The position numbers were made by a program, and so were the translations under genes. A DNA stretch of 56,219 nt, taken from contig JYFJ02004050.1 of NCBI GenBank assembly GCA_000934665.2, positions 1 through 56,219 of the forward strand, read 5' to 3'. Numbering within the stretch: position 1 is the stretch's first letter; each line of letters opens with the position of its first letter. This stretch comes from Catajapyx aquilonaris (Eukaryota). Shown here piece after piece: positions 36,661-50,189 of the stretch. The notes beneath the pieces were generated by a model that searched no databases, was not told where the DNA came from, and was given only the letters and a program-made list of their open reading frames with translations.

Positions 36661-38034
36661 ATAAGAATAATATATTCTGAGATAAAAGCAGGGGTGCCAT
36701 AGTTTGCCTATGAAGTAATATGCGGCAGGTGTGACTTGATCCGACCTAGATCGATGCAACGTGCCGTACTGTAGTGTGCCTCGTCCCACCCTCTCTACCC
36801 CCAACCCCACTCCAGACGCTGCAGCTCCGGATCCGGAGGGGTGAAGGACCTGCCCTGAACTCTGCTCCGGGACACTCCAACTTGAAATCCCGGAAAAATC
36901 CGAACCAAACAAAAAAGTACTATCGTCGACACTAAGGCAGGTACAGGGTGAGAGAAAAAAGAGGTCCTTCCTTCTCCCGGTCTCCCCCCTCTTTTGAGTT
37001 CCCTTTTTCCCACTCTTGGGGACTCTCTGAGACAAAGACTGGATCATGCTACACATCTGAGGGGGAGCCTACCCGGGAATGGAGACCCTCTCTCCACATG
37101 CCCAGTTCCCTTGGGAAACATGCTCCCACAGGATCCCACACACTGTACCTTCACATCGGCAGCATCTGATTACATCACATTATGAGGGAATATAACGGGA
37201 TTTTTGCAGGTGACATGGGACACCCTGTACATGCCCAACCCTTGTTACCAAATAGAGGTCCGCGCATCATGCAATTATGATTCCCTGGAAAATAATTTGC
37301 CTTGTTTTGGGACAAAGGAATGGAGCCACACTGGGTTGGTCCCCCTTCATTTTCTGGGTATAAATAGTTAGGGAACACAACAAGGGAAAGAAAATAAGGG
37401 TTCAGTAAGAAGGCCTTCAACTGCACCGAAAATTAGTGTGTTCTATTGCATAGTGTCGGTCGGCGGCTCTATTTTTAAGCAGGGTCTGTATTATTAGAAC
37501 AGGCGTAGATCAATATTTGGCACGCCTTCCTCATAAGAGTTAGTCTCTTAACAAACACGGCTAATGATGTCGCTTCCATATTATTTCGATGGGTACGCGC
37601 AATTCCCCTGTCCACTTTGTCTTATGTATGACAATTGCATAATGGCCTTGCCGGGAGGGCATACCCCTCAAGGGCCCTGTAATGAAATTGATCGTCGGAA
37701 TTATTCAAGCGACCGCTCTCTGACCTTTTTGCCAGTTGTTCACTTTATTCCCTTTTCGGCTACTGTTGGCAACCTTGGCGACCAATTTCGAAAACTTGTT
37801 ACGAACCTGCTTGTCTGTTTGTCCGGGGTGAGTCATCACTAGGTGTAATGTGCATGTAGTACCAACTTCCGCCGCACGACCACAGTGGCTGTAGTGTACA
37901 GAGAGGGTGGATGCGCCATCTATTGCAGGATAGTGCTGGACTGGTGGCGTCAAGAGCCAAGAGCGGCAAACGAGTGAATCGCTTCTATAACCGCAGGCCT
38001 AGAAAAACCCTCGCTTCGCTCTCGATCACTAGTG

Positions 38035-38097
38035 AAGAGCGAATTGAAATTTTCCATTCGTATTGACCATACGGATGGAAAATTTCAATTCGCTCTT
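38035..38097. repeat. Near-perfect hairpin with a stem of about 29 bp
   Basis: AAGAGCGAATTGAAATTTTCCATTCGTAT-tgacc-ATACGGATGGAAAATTTCAATTCGCTCTT. Confidence 0.85.
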
Positions 38098-39130
38098 TTG
38101 CCGCTTCGGCTCGTGGCGCTATCAGCACTGTACTACCGTACTAGCAGGCTACTTGTATAGTTGTTGATCATGTACGCAAGTCCGGATGATATCAGTGTCA
38201 GACATTATCACTAGGCGGAAGTGTCGCCTTCCTGACCCCCCCTGTGTAGTTGAGGGGCCTCCCGAGGCTTTAATAGTCAACAAATTAATTTTTGGTAGAG
38301 GTTTCCCCCCCAGTTCCTTTTTTTAAATTTTCCTGTTGGCAGACCGCAGCACCCCTACCCCGACCAAAACCCCCTTGAAGGTTTGGCCACATCCTGTCGG
38401 CTGCAAGAGCTTATCCAGAGCATCAGTAGACGGATATGAAGCTGGGCCCCACGTTACAGTGTCGTAGTAACAGAGGTCATTGCCTATAATAATATTAGCT
38501 ATACCCACACCATAGTCAGGCAGGAATCGGGTCAAGGGGACCGTTTGGCTGATAGGTCCTCAAGGTCGGGGGGGCTTGATAACAACCATATGATACCATC
38601 GGGTATAAACCAAGCCTGGAAGGCCCCCACGCTAAACATGACTAGAAAAACCCTCGCTTCGCTCTATTTTCTATGCCTGAGGTTAGAGAAACACTCGCTT
38701 CGCTCACGTTTTTCTAATGATGTGTCCAATTTTGGCCAAAAATTTTTTTTGCACATCGCCCCAGCCAGCCAGCCAGCCACCGCGCTAATTAGTTCATCAA
38801 AAGGGGTTACCTCCAGATGAATTGGCGCGCACTAATGCGTTAATGGGCCCTGCGTGTTATCGGTCGCGTTAAAAAAGACTCGCCGTCACTCCTGATGCTG
38901 ATGGGACATCCACTGGTCAGGAAGTACCAATACCGCTCACATAGATGACGACCGGACAGGAGGGGTCTGAGATTTAGGAAAATTACTGCACAATTAGCTC
39001 AGCTATACCTATGCACCACTTTTCAGCACCAAGGGTTTAAAAAGGACGTTCAAATTGGCGAGGGGAAAAGGAGGCGTGATCTAAGGGGCGCATTCTGACT
39101 CCTGCCTATTGCTGGTCACGTCATAGAGCA

Positions 39131-39411
39131 GTACAGTGCTGAACATTAATTCCGTCATACTGCTAGCGACATTTACCGAAGCGGCAGACGTGCAAATTGA
39201 AGTGATAGAGTGCCAGCTGTGCGAGTAAGGAATGGTAGCCCTTGAGTGACGTCACTGGCTGGGGGACAAGCCTTTTGTCCATTGCCATCCAGCCTGTGAC
39301 GTCACTTAAGGCCTACCTCTTCTTACTCGCACGGCTCACACTTCGATTTGCACTTCTGCCGCATCAGAAAATGTCGCAAGCAGTATGTCTCGGTTAATGT
39401 CCAACACTGTA
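39131..39411. mobile_element. About 280-bp diverged foldback (MITE-like) element
   Basis: GTACAGTG..ACATTAA..CATACTGCT.GCGACATTT..GCGGCAGA.GTGCAAAT..GTGCGAGTAAG..AGTGACGTCAC is mirrored on the opposite arm, ending CACTGTAC. Confidence 0.7.
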
Positions 39412-40821
39412 CGATACCGTCTGATCTTTGATTGATCATGACTCGAAAACTACGTAATACGTATTTCTTGAAACAAAAACACACAAAAATTCGTTTTAAA
39501 ATAAGGCTAAATTTTCATTCTCATCAGCACAAATGACGTGTTTTTTTATTGAGGGTTGGAGCTGGGTTTGAGGTGTCGATGACGCATATTTTTTCGGGAA
39601 GGTCCAGGATCCCTAGGGGTGAGTTTGACCCTATCAAAATTGATTAGGGTTGGAGGGGGGTGTGATTCCCTTGCGAATAGGGCATGTCATATAGGCCTGG
39701 CAGCACTTCCGGCAGGCATGCACAGCCTGGGCTGCAGCACCAGGGGTGTGTGTTAGTGCAGCTAGAGAGAGGGGCTATATAGGGGAGTGCTTCTCCAGCG
39801 CACCATCCACATCGACCTAGCTCTCTCTCGTTTCCATGACAATGTCTGGCCCCCAAGAAGAGTGAGGCAGGGGAGAGAGAGAGAGAGAGAACCAGGCGGG
39901 GGAATATATATGTATGGAAAAGGGAAAAACCTATTTTAAGGGGGGGAGGAGAAGGAAATTGAGGAAAGGGGGGGGGGGACTCTCCAACATTTCGACGGTC
40001 CTATAAGCACAAGCAGCTGCCTTTTGTGCTAAGTGATTACGTCCCCTTTTCCTCGATTGTTCATAGCCACATTTTTTTTACGATTTCAAGCTTCTGAGAA
40101 CACAACAGCTGTTCTTATTTGCATAATTATTTTCGAATAGGGAAGGGCGTGCACACCGGTGCACACACCTGTGACCTTTTCCGGCCGGTTGCTGGAGTCG
40201 ACAATCAGCACTATATAGCCATTGTTGAAGAGCTATGAGAGGAATCAAAACGGGGGTAACAACCAGTGCGGAATCCCAGGGTTCACTATACGTGGGATCG
40301 ATCCAATGGGGCTGGGGTGGTAGGTAGGGGTGGGGGGAAGTTGAATCCAAATGAAGTAATACTGTACCCCCTCCCCCAGACTATACCACACCCGTCGCAG
40401 AGTACTCACCTCTCGACGTCTCGACGATGCCAAAGTGACGATCGCGTGACACGTCAAACTCTTGTCATCATATTTGACTATACAGAGAGGCTCTCGACAT
40501 TATTTTGACTAGTGCGAAGGTCACTACAAAACCTAGAATCAAACCATTGGTTTTTGTAAACAAAGTGCGCTGGTTTCACCAAACTGCTCGTAAACTTCAA
40601 TTAGTATACTTGACCCAGCTCCAACCATCCATTAATCTCATTGTTTACGCTGAATTGCAAGTGTTGTTCATATCAGCAAACGAGTGCTTTGTGCGCAGTG
40701 GTGCCAACCGCAGCCCCGCGATAGTTCGAATCTCATTCATACAAAAGTTTCAGAATGAAAGTGCGGTAGTTGCTGCAGTGGGTCTGTACCAGGTACCGGC
40801 AACGCTGTGTTTCCCCGGGTT

Positions 40822-40823
<2 letters not shown>

Positions 40824-40877
<54 letters not shown>
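40824..40877. repeat. (AG)n microsatellite
   Basis: About 27 AG units. Confidence 0.97.
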
Positions 40878-40882
<5 letters not shown>

Positions 40883-42834
40883 TCCTCTCCACCCCCCCCC
40901 TCTCTACCAACCCCCCTATAGCTACCACCCCAACCATTTCCCTTACTATCCCCCCCAACTGAATCGATCGTGGCTGCAGAGAGGCACTGCAGCGGCGTCG
41001 GGACGCCGGCCAGGGTCAACGTCCGACGCCGCCGACGCCGATGCCGCAGCCGAGCACCAGGGAGGCCAACACCCCCTCTCCCCTCCTCTCGCAGCAAAAC
41101 CGGGTCAAAGGTTGCAGAACTCAGGGGGGGTATGCAACACAACCATGCAGCAAGTCTGCAGGTGGCGGCCTAGCTGCAGGGGGAGCATGCACAAAAATTT
41201 GGCAACTTCACACCCCCCACCTGCATTTGCCTTGGAGGCTTGTCATGGGCCTCATGGCTCGTTTATATCGTATTGGCAGCCCTGTTTCATGAATCAAGCG
41301 CTGGAAGGCCCGGGCTGGATCAGGGAGGAGGGGGAGGGAGGAGCGGGGAGGCTGGCAGAGAGGGTGAGAGACCTACCCTCTCTATACTCCAACTCTGCTG
41401 GAGAGGGGTTGTTGGCCAACCCAATCCAACACCCCCCTAGACAGCAGGGTGCAATATTTTATTGAAAAATATATATGCATTTCTACCAATTTTAGCAAAA
41501 ATAAAATTTCAAAAAAAGTTTCGGACAACCACCAGCACCGAGTGCGCACCACAGTTCGCGCACCTTGCAATGATAGGTTGATAAACTCTATGCATAGTGG
41601 GTGCACTTATTTCCAACGCTACGCTTGGGAGGGACGTTCGCGACGTTGCCAATGCTACGGAATGAACTTGTTGTCAGAACAATGGAGCTTCGCGATTGTG
41701 GGTGCGCGCACTCGGTATAATAGCTAATTTTTTTGATTATGCCATCCCAGGTAGCACACTTCGTCGGCCCGATGTCGGCGAATGACACCGGGCCAATGTA
41801 AAACGGTTAACTTTTTGTCACATCGGGTCGACACTGGCATCCGGTGTTGGGCCGATGTTGGCATACGGTGCTGACCCGATCTACATTATACCCTAGCTAG
41901 TAGCAGCGGAGCCGTTGCCAAATTTTGGCTCACCCTCCAACTTGGACGTAGTACAATAGGACACTACCAGTTGGCGCATAGGCTGTCCCTCTGCATACTA
42001 CTGCCGTGCTTAGGGGGGAAGTAGTACTACATGCACGTTGGTGATGAGTCAAAGTCCACCCGGCCTGTCTAATATTGAACATGGAAATAAGCGACTACCT
42101 ATAGGTGATGAGTCAACTTGTTTACAGGGTAAATTCTGTGTGTGATTGATTGATAAGACAATCGATTAATTAATATTATCGTCCTTATGGCACGACAGAT
42201 GCGGATATATTAAGACAAATTGGCGTGACGTCACATGGTGTAAGTGGTTGTGATGTCCAGTCCCCCCTGTCCGAAGATGAAGGCATCTCCCATTTAGCTT
42301 GTTGATGTGACAGGGCGATGCACCCTGAGGTTGTGACCCTCCCCACTCATCCCCCCGCTTCACTCCCTCCCTCCAGGACCGATAGCACGTCCATAGTATA
42401 AACCCCTCCAGGCCACGCCCACTTCGTTTGCATATTGGTCAACACAATTCCATGCGCTCTGCTGCAGCTTCTCTGGGGAGGGGGGACCTGCACCGCGGAA
42501 ATGAAGTACTGCGGATCTGTACACGCCGTACCCATACCGGGAGCAATGGCCAGTGATTGCTGATGTATAGACATAAATAATGCGAGAGATACTGCTGTGG
42601 GGGTGTTTGTCCGAGTGGGAAACAAAGTCTGCAAATATAGCAAAAGGTGGCAATGACACGCGATAGGGTGACGTCAAGCGAGAGATAACATAAGATTTAT
42701 TAATAACGACACTATTGATAGTTTTAATCGGCCAGGATTAAGTTGTTGGTCGAGATTTGGCCTCAAATGATGCACCTGGTGTTTCGAAACCAGTACCGCA
42801 CCATAAGGTCCGAAAAGTGGAGGAAATTTCAAAT

Positions 42835-43105
42835 TTGTAAGGTAGCAGACCCGAAGCTCGTCAATTAGACCCTCCATGTACCGTACCTCACGAGTCAGGA
42901 GGACTCTTGGAGGCTAATTTGAGCTTCAGGTCTGCTCCCTTCGAGAGTACCCGACCTGAAGCTCAAATTAGCCTCCAAAACAGGCGATCCTCACTCAACA
43001 TCACTTATTATTATAATTTTCTTCTAATTTATCGAGGCTCAAATTAGCCTCCAAGACAGTCATCACTAGTCTAGTGATGACTGTCTAGGAGGCTAATTTG
43101 AGTCT
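42835..43105. mobile_element. Nested foldback repeats (MITE-like); related copy at about 44710-44800
   Basis: TTGGAGGCTAATTTGAGCTTCAGGTC / GACCTGAAGCTCAAATTAGCCTCCAA; second hairpin AGACAGTCATCACTAG-t-CTAGTGATGACTGTCT; TAAGGTAGCAGA shared with 44714. Confidence 0.65.
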
Positions 43106-46004
43106 GCCATCTTATTAGCCTCGATTAATTAGAAGAAAATACAAACGAGTGCTCACCACAGTTCGCGCAGCGTGCAGGGTTGGCATTATGAATGAGAGCT
43201 GGTAATAATCTATCTGGTAAATAAGCGCTGCACTTATTTCCAACGCTACGCTTGGGGAGGGGGGTAGAATACGTAAGTCAGGGTTGGAACTATACATAAT
43301 TAGCATCTCTGATTATAATATTACGAATTCCAGAAGTTAGGGTTGGAATTACGTGTAGGACGATACAGCAATTTTCCTTCTGTAGTCCCATTGGTGTGTA
43401 TTGTTATGTCTACAGTATCCCTGGACAGGAATTCTTCCTGAGCAAAGAGTAGAGAGGGGGGTGAGAGGTATGGGTGTCTAAATATAAACGAGGCTGTGGC
43501 ACCGTTTCATTTGTAGCTTGAGTCTACTCCTGTACAAAACCCTGTGGACTCGTATTTTTGGTTAAGTTGTCAGGCATTTTGGCCAGCTCGTCCCCAGCTC
43601 TCATTACTAGGGCCAGAGAGAGTCCACCCTGAGACACACACACACACGTGGACCCTCTAATCAGTTGCCAAAAATAACGGGCAAGGAGGCTCAGCAAAAA
43701 TTCGTGAATTAATAATCAGCTTTTTTTTTTTTGCTGTTCGGAACAGAACCAGTCCCTTTTTGCAAAATTCAGAGGACAGGAAATTCAGGCCCACCCTGTA
43801 CCACCCCTGGGCCGTCGGTTGTGGTCTATGTCGAACCGGGTCGGCTTAAATCCTCCCCACCCTGCCCCTAGGGCTCTCCATGAATATTGACGTTACGTTT
43901 CCCCCCCACAGCATCAACCCCTCTCTACCATCCGTACACAGAGCCACAGGGGTTCAATTGTAGCTGACTTCCAGTCACATACACGCCACTAATCATCAGC
44001 CTGGCGCTAAATAAACAGCATATAACATGTTGACGCGAAAATTATAGCTACTTGTATCACAAGTCACGTCATGAAGGGGGGAAAAAATCGTCCGCCAGGA
44101 TCGCCACTACAGCAGCGCCGAAGCGGCAACCCCACTCCCTATACGGGTGACAGCTGATAAGGGCACGGTGGTTTCCATAAGGCTTGGGTAGGATTCAGAC
44201 GTTCGAAACACTTCCAGNGGGGTCGGGGGGGGAATAGTAAATAAGTAACGTGTTGAGCTTCCGTGAACTTGGACCAATAGTTGGAACAATATCTTCTGGC
44301 TCGGAAAGTGAGCATGACCTGTTGGAGGGGGGCATGATGCGGTTGTCATCCTGAACAATTAATGTAGGTGCATGATTTACGCCCTTGGTTTGGAGACTGG
44401 CAGGATGTGACTTCTCTCCAGAAGACTCCAGTTCTATATTTAATGCGAGGGCGTGCGCGCACCAAAAACCAAGGCTTCTAGAACACACACTCACACACGT
44501 ATTTTGGAGGAGTGGAGGGGGAAGGAGGGGGAAGGAGAGGAGAGGGGGGCCTTGTCGCTGTTTATTTTGGAAGCAGGGCGTCTCTACAAGTCCCCGGAAT
44601 TATTTTTATTCCGGGAAGGAAACTCCCCCCGTCGGCCTATACACTTGTCTGGGTCTAGCTACAGGGTGATTCAAATCCGATAACAGTTGTTGGTAGCCGC
44701 TACTACTTATGAGTAAGGTAGCAGATCTGAAGATCGAATTTGCCTCCCGACGACGACTCGTGAAGAGATGCTAATCTGAGCTTCAGGTCTGCTACCTTAA
44801 CTCACTAATTTGGTGTGAATTTAATCCAGATTTTTTTCGTACAAAAATTTGGTTGTACAGTGCTGGACATTAATGGTGTCGTACTTGTGTCGCCACGATC
44901 CGATGGCGGCAAATGAGCGAATCGATATTTTCCCTCCGTGTGACTGTCTTCACTTGATCAAGCGCATCAGGACGTCCCTGGCATTGATCAGGATTTCTAT
45001 GGACTTGCTGAGATTTATCAAGACTTCCCTAGACTTGACGAGATTTAACCGGACTTCTATGGACTATTTTGCTGGGATTTATCCGGATTTCTATGGATTT
45101 GCTGGGTTTATCAGGACTTCCCTGGACTTGATGGGATTTATCAGGATTTCTATGAACTTGATAAAGTGAATGTGGTCGTACGGAGGGCAAGTTTAGATTC
45201 GCTCCTTTGCCGCCTTAGGTTCGAGGCGCCACCAGTACGACACCAGTCCCATCAGCACTGCCGTACATAGGACCTGACCATTTGCTGAGATGGCTATCTT
45301 CTTCTTCCCCCTCATTCCCCTTACCCTACAAAACCGGGTCGAATCCATATAACTGACCTGGAAGAAAGCCCAATCTCTTATCTCCCTGCCATTCAACCAA
45401 TGGGAGATAGGCAAGGGTGCAATTTTTTCCCCAGTTTCTTTCGACCCGGTTTATTCATCCACGAGCGTCCACGAGGCAATGTGGATCAAGGCATTACCCT
45501 AGTTGAAGGAACTTATCCTATTTATTTAATTCCAGCAACTTTTTCCCGGGTGAGGACCCCCCCGGATGACTACAGAGGAAAATCTACTGCTTTTGTACAT
45601 GGGTGTGGGAGAGAGCGGGTATGCAATCCCCATAGGAAGCTTGATCATCATAATGTCGGGGGGTTGAGGGTTTGAGGGGACGAAGAGGGGGTGAATTCAT
45701 GATGGGGGCGGGAGAAGGAGGGGGGGATAGAAAGGCGCATTACCAAAATGAAAATGTCGTTTCCCTGTCGGTTTTATCCATCCAGTCCCCGACCTCCCTT
45801 CTTTTTTGACACGCATCGAATGGCTTCAACCAGAGCTGGGAAACGCATCTCTTTGAGTAGATTTCGAGGGAGAGGGGGGACATTTTCTTTTATCTGTTGG
45901 TTTAACACTATTGGCCTCGACGCACTATCAGTTGATCAGAATAGTGAAAATACACGGGATGACTCTCTCTCTCTCTCTCTTAGATTCCTAGTTGATTTCA
46001 CAAA

Positions 46005-46705
46005 TTTTTGTCGGATTTATCAGGATTCTCCTGGACTGCTGGCTGTGATTTATAAGGACTTCCTGGATTAGCCGGGATTTATCAGGACTTCCCTGGATTA
46101 GATGGGATGTATCCGAATTTTGTATGGACTTACTGGGATTTATGGGGACTTCTCTGGTCTGGACTGGGTAGGATTTCTCAGGATTTCCCTGTACTATCTG
46201 ATGGAATTATCCGGATTTCCATGGACTTGCTGGGATTTCTCAGGACTTCCCTGGACTGGGTAGGATTTCTCAGGATTCCCCTGGACTATCTGATGGAATT
46301 CTCAGGATTTCCATGGACTAGCTGGGATGTATCGGGACTTTCCTGGACTAGCTGGGGTTTATTAAGACTTCCGGACTGGGTAGGATTTCCCTAGACTATC
46401 TGATGGAATTCTCAGGATTTCCATGGACTAGCCGGGATTTATCGGGACTTCCCTGGACTGGGTAGGATTTCTCAGAACTTCCCTGGACTGGGTAGGATTT
46501 CTCAGGATTTCCCTGGACTATCTGATGGAATTCTCCTGATTTCCATGGACTTGCTGGGATTTCTCAGGACTTCCCTGGACTGGGTGGAATTTCTCAAGAC
46601 TTCCCTGGACTATTTATGGAATTCTCAGGATTTTTCTGCAATTTCTGGGATTTTCCAGGATTTCCATGGACTTGCTGGGATGATTTGGATTTTTATGGAC
46701 TTGCT
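46005..46705. repeat. Dispersed minisatellite family (monomer about 30 bp); other arrays at about 44965-45160, 48060-48350 and 50190-50530
   Basis: GGATTTCTCAGGA(T/C)TTCC(C/A)TGGACT units in the same orientation in all four arrays. Confidence 0.92.
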
Positions 46706-48721
46706 GTATTTCTGCACTTTCTCTGGATTCGTACCAGGATTTCTGGTGTTGCCACAAACTTTTACGACAGTTTTACGACTTATGCCTGTTGTTTCCAGGC
46801 AGTTTCTAGAGACTTTCGGACACCCCTCGAACGAACGGAAAAACCGGGCGGATGTCGCCTATTTTGTAAATAGAGTCAAGCGTATGCCAAAATAATTCTG
46901 AGGCCTAATGCCCAGCACTTAAAGTGCTAAAAACAAAGGAAGATGGGGCACGTGACTCGCGCATGGGGACTGGAGGAGTTGGGGGTGGACAAAGAAAGAA
47001 AAAAAAATCCTTCAAATGCCGGGAGGGGACTGTCGGAGGGAAGCGGGCCAAAAATTTTCGGCAAATAATGGGCTCCATCGGCTGGAAAACTAGATCCGGC
47101 GAGAGGATTTCCATGGAATTTCCTGGGACTGCTGCTGACTATGTACCGGGAAATCCCAGGAAATCCTACAGAATTTCGTGGAGTGCGCGGAAAGCGTAAA
47201 CAATTCGCAGGTACGAGACAAATAAAGCCGGCTTGACTCATCGAGACGTCATGAAGTCTTTTTTTGGCCAATGGCCCGGGGCCCGTGCCTCACATGTCAC
47301 CCACGCGTCGCCGGTACTTCTGGACGAGATACCAGGTCGCCGGGTCTAAAAAAGGACAACTCATACGCAGGAGTCCGGATTGGGGGGATTCCTGATGGAC
47401 TTCGCAGGATTTCGGCGGACTACCTGGATTTCTCATGGGATGCACGGGATTCCTTATGGACTTGACCGGATTTCCATAAGGGATTCCTGACCAGATTCCC
47501 CCCCGCACTGATTAAAAAAGCGGTGATTAAGCCGTACATTCTGCGACAACAGTGTCCTCACGCCATGCACCTTTGATTTATTCAGGCAGCGAGGTTATAG
47601 CCTTGTGGCAGTGCAGGCAACTTCCCCCACCCACCATAGCCCCCCCATGAGGTGGTGGGTGGGTGGGGTGGGTGGAGAGGGTATGGCCACTACCACCCCC
47701 TCCAGTTGCTGCTGCACATAGGCCAACAAGGTCAGTTTTCTTCACTGCGCATGAATAATTGCTTCTGACCTAAATTCACTGACTGGGTCATTCTCCTCCT
47801 CCTTCTCTCCTGATCAATACTATGCGGGTGCTATAGGGTTAACCAACATAGTCGGCAGGGGAGAGGGGGTGGGAACTATAGGAGGGGGGCGGGGGAAGAG
47901 CGCAGGGTGCAGTGGGTGGCAATAGTACGCCACTCTGTCTATGTGATTACGCAGAGTAATGCCCTGTTACGCCCTCGAGATTCGCACATTACTTATGGGG
48001 AAGTTAACGCTAGTAATAGTCGCTGGTGACGTCGACCTTTTAACCAGAGGTTAATTTATAGGTTTATTTGGATTTCTATGGACTGGCCGGGTTCATCGGG
48101 ACTTCCTTAGACTTGTTGGAATTTATCAGGATTTCCCTGGACTCTGGGATTTATCGGGATTTCTATGAACTTCCTAACATTTTAAGGATTTCTATGGACT
48201 AGCTGAAAATTATCAGGATTTCTATGGAGTTCGTGGGTTCATCAGGACTTCCCTAGACTTGCTGGGATTTATCAGGACTTCCCTATAGACTTGTTGCGAT
48301 TTTAAGAATTTCTATGGACTTTGCTGGGATTTATCAGGATTTCAATGAACTATACCTCCGGGAAAATTAGCCGGTAGCACATAGCATGTGATGTACAGTA
48401 CCTTGCTGTAATTGTGGCAGATTTTAACGGACGGTATTCTTGATGCAATCGGATGGAAAAATCCATGGTTTATGGTAATACCTGTGACAGTGCAAACGTC
48501 CGGGTTGTAGTTGCATGTTAATTGCTGGGGGATTACGCAACGATTACCGGATTTTCCTCCATTACTATAGGTCTATTTATAATTTTCTATATGCATTATG
48601 CTGTATCTTCTGATTAAGAAAAAAGTCCAGTGTTGTAACTTGTGCAACTTGTACGTGCAAAGTACAGTGCATTTCATAAAATAAATAATTGTGGGTAGTG
48701 CTTTTGACCCCTTGGGTAGAT

Positions 48722-49006
48722 ACAAGCACCGACCTTTATTTTAGCCAAATATTCGTACATAGCGGGACCTTTCGCGAAACGCCCGGGCCCACGGGCAGGG
48801 TGACAGGATGGGATGTGCACTGTGCAAAGGTTTTAATACGATACATAGTTCGTGAACTCCCCCTGGTGTCTAGCGGAAATTCCACCCGAGACGAAGCCAG
48901 AGACGACCCAACTCTGCACGATATAAAGAGGGGAACCCAGGGCTGGGATCGAACCCGGGACCTTAACATCCGTATACGCATACATTACCGAAGCGCCACT
49001 CAGTGC
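48722..49006 (-). mobile_element. tRNA-derived SINE
   Basis: Minus strand: A-box-like GTGGCGCTTCGGT; B-box GGGTTCGATCCC (48956-48945); 3' GCCCGTGGGCCCGGGCGT and AAATAAAGGTCGGTGC shared with the SINE at 23491. Confidence 0.72.
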
Positions 49007-50189
49007 ATTTCATATTGTACAGTAATGCGTATGACCTGTTTAAAAAAATAATTACGAGCCCTACAGATTCGGCTAACGAAATTAAAAACCACGTCAGTTT
49101 TTAATGGTAATATTGTATTAGCAGCGAGGGTAATAAGTTTTGCTGCAGTGTGCCATTATTTACCTAACCGTACAGGGGCAATGTGTTTGCTAACATTTTT
49201 AAAAATGTGGCACTTGCAGAAACCGAGCACATGAGTTATAACCCATATGCCTCCCCTCCTCCTGACCCCACGACCTCGACGTGCCATAGTAACACTTCGT
49301 TACGTGCAGCAAAATCTGCAAAAATATGTGTACAAAAATGAGCAAGGCTTAGCGGGTGTCCCGAACTTTTTTGCCATGCGCAGTATCTACACCGAAACTA
49401 TAATCAGCAGTTGTGTGTGTGGGCCACGAGGACACTTGTGGTGTTGGCGGCCCTGAATCGAGACTATTAATAGTCCCCGTCTCGCGGTCTATAGGTAGAC
49501 GGTGCCTTTCGGTCGGGAAACTCTACATTTTCTGATCGATGTTAAGAGGAGGGGTTACTCCGATAGGGGGGGAATCCGGTCCCCCCCCCCCTCCCCCTCT
49601 ACCGACAACATTGGGGGGTGGGTGGCATAAATCACGCAAAAGGTCACGACCTATTTTTTGTGCCATGACCTCTCTCTCTTGAGCCTGTACCCTTATTTCT
49701 GTCCACACCTGTCCCCGGATTGACCACTCCGGACTTCTTCACCTTGACATGGAAACCTTCGCCAATCGCTATACAATAAAAAAAGAGCTGGAGGAAATTT
49801 GCGTCTGTTGACTCATTAAACATTTGTAAATAAACAATTGAACGGAAAAGTGGTGCAAGGACGGGTTGCTTTAGGATGATAGGAGCCTCTGGGAGTGATA
49901 TATTCGCTCTATCATAATCCGCGTCTATCCGGTTCGCGAATAGAAAAACATCCTCAGTCAACACCAGTCAAGGTTCTGCCAGTCACTAATAAGTGACATT
50001 GTGCGTTGACATGCACCGGTATGTTATTCACCTCATTGATGCATTCCACCTTAGTAGTCTGCAGGATGAAACAGTAGGAACTGTGTACTCAAAAGCGGAC
50101 CGTTCACACGACAAACTGGACCCGGTTCCGAACCCGGTCCACTTTTCAAGGGGTTGACAACATAACCATGTTTGGGAATCACGTGACTG

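Noticed and set aside
40770..41465. 231-aa ORF with an RERE tract
   Set aside because: Produced by the (AG)n microsatellite and GC-rich low-complexity sequence; no recognisable domain
25284..44218. Single N bases at 25284 and 44218
   Set aside because: Assembly ambiguities in G runs, not biological features
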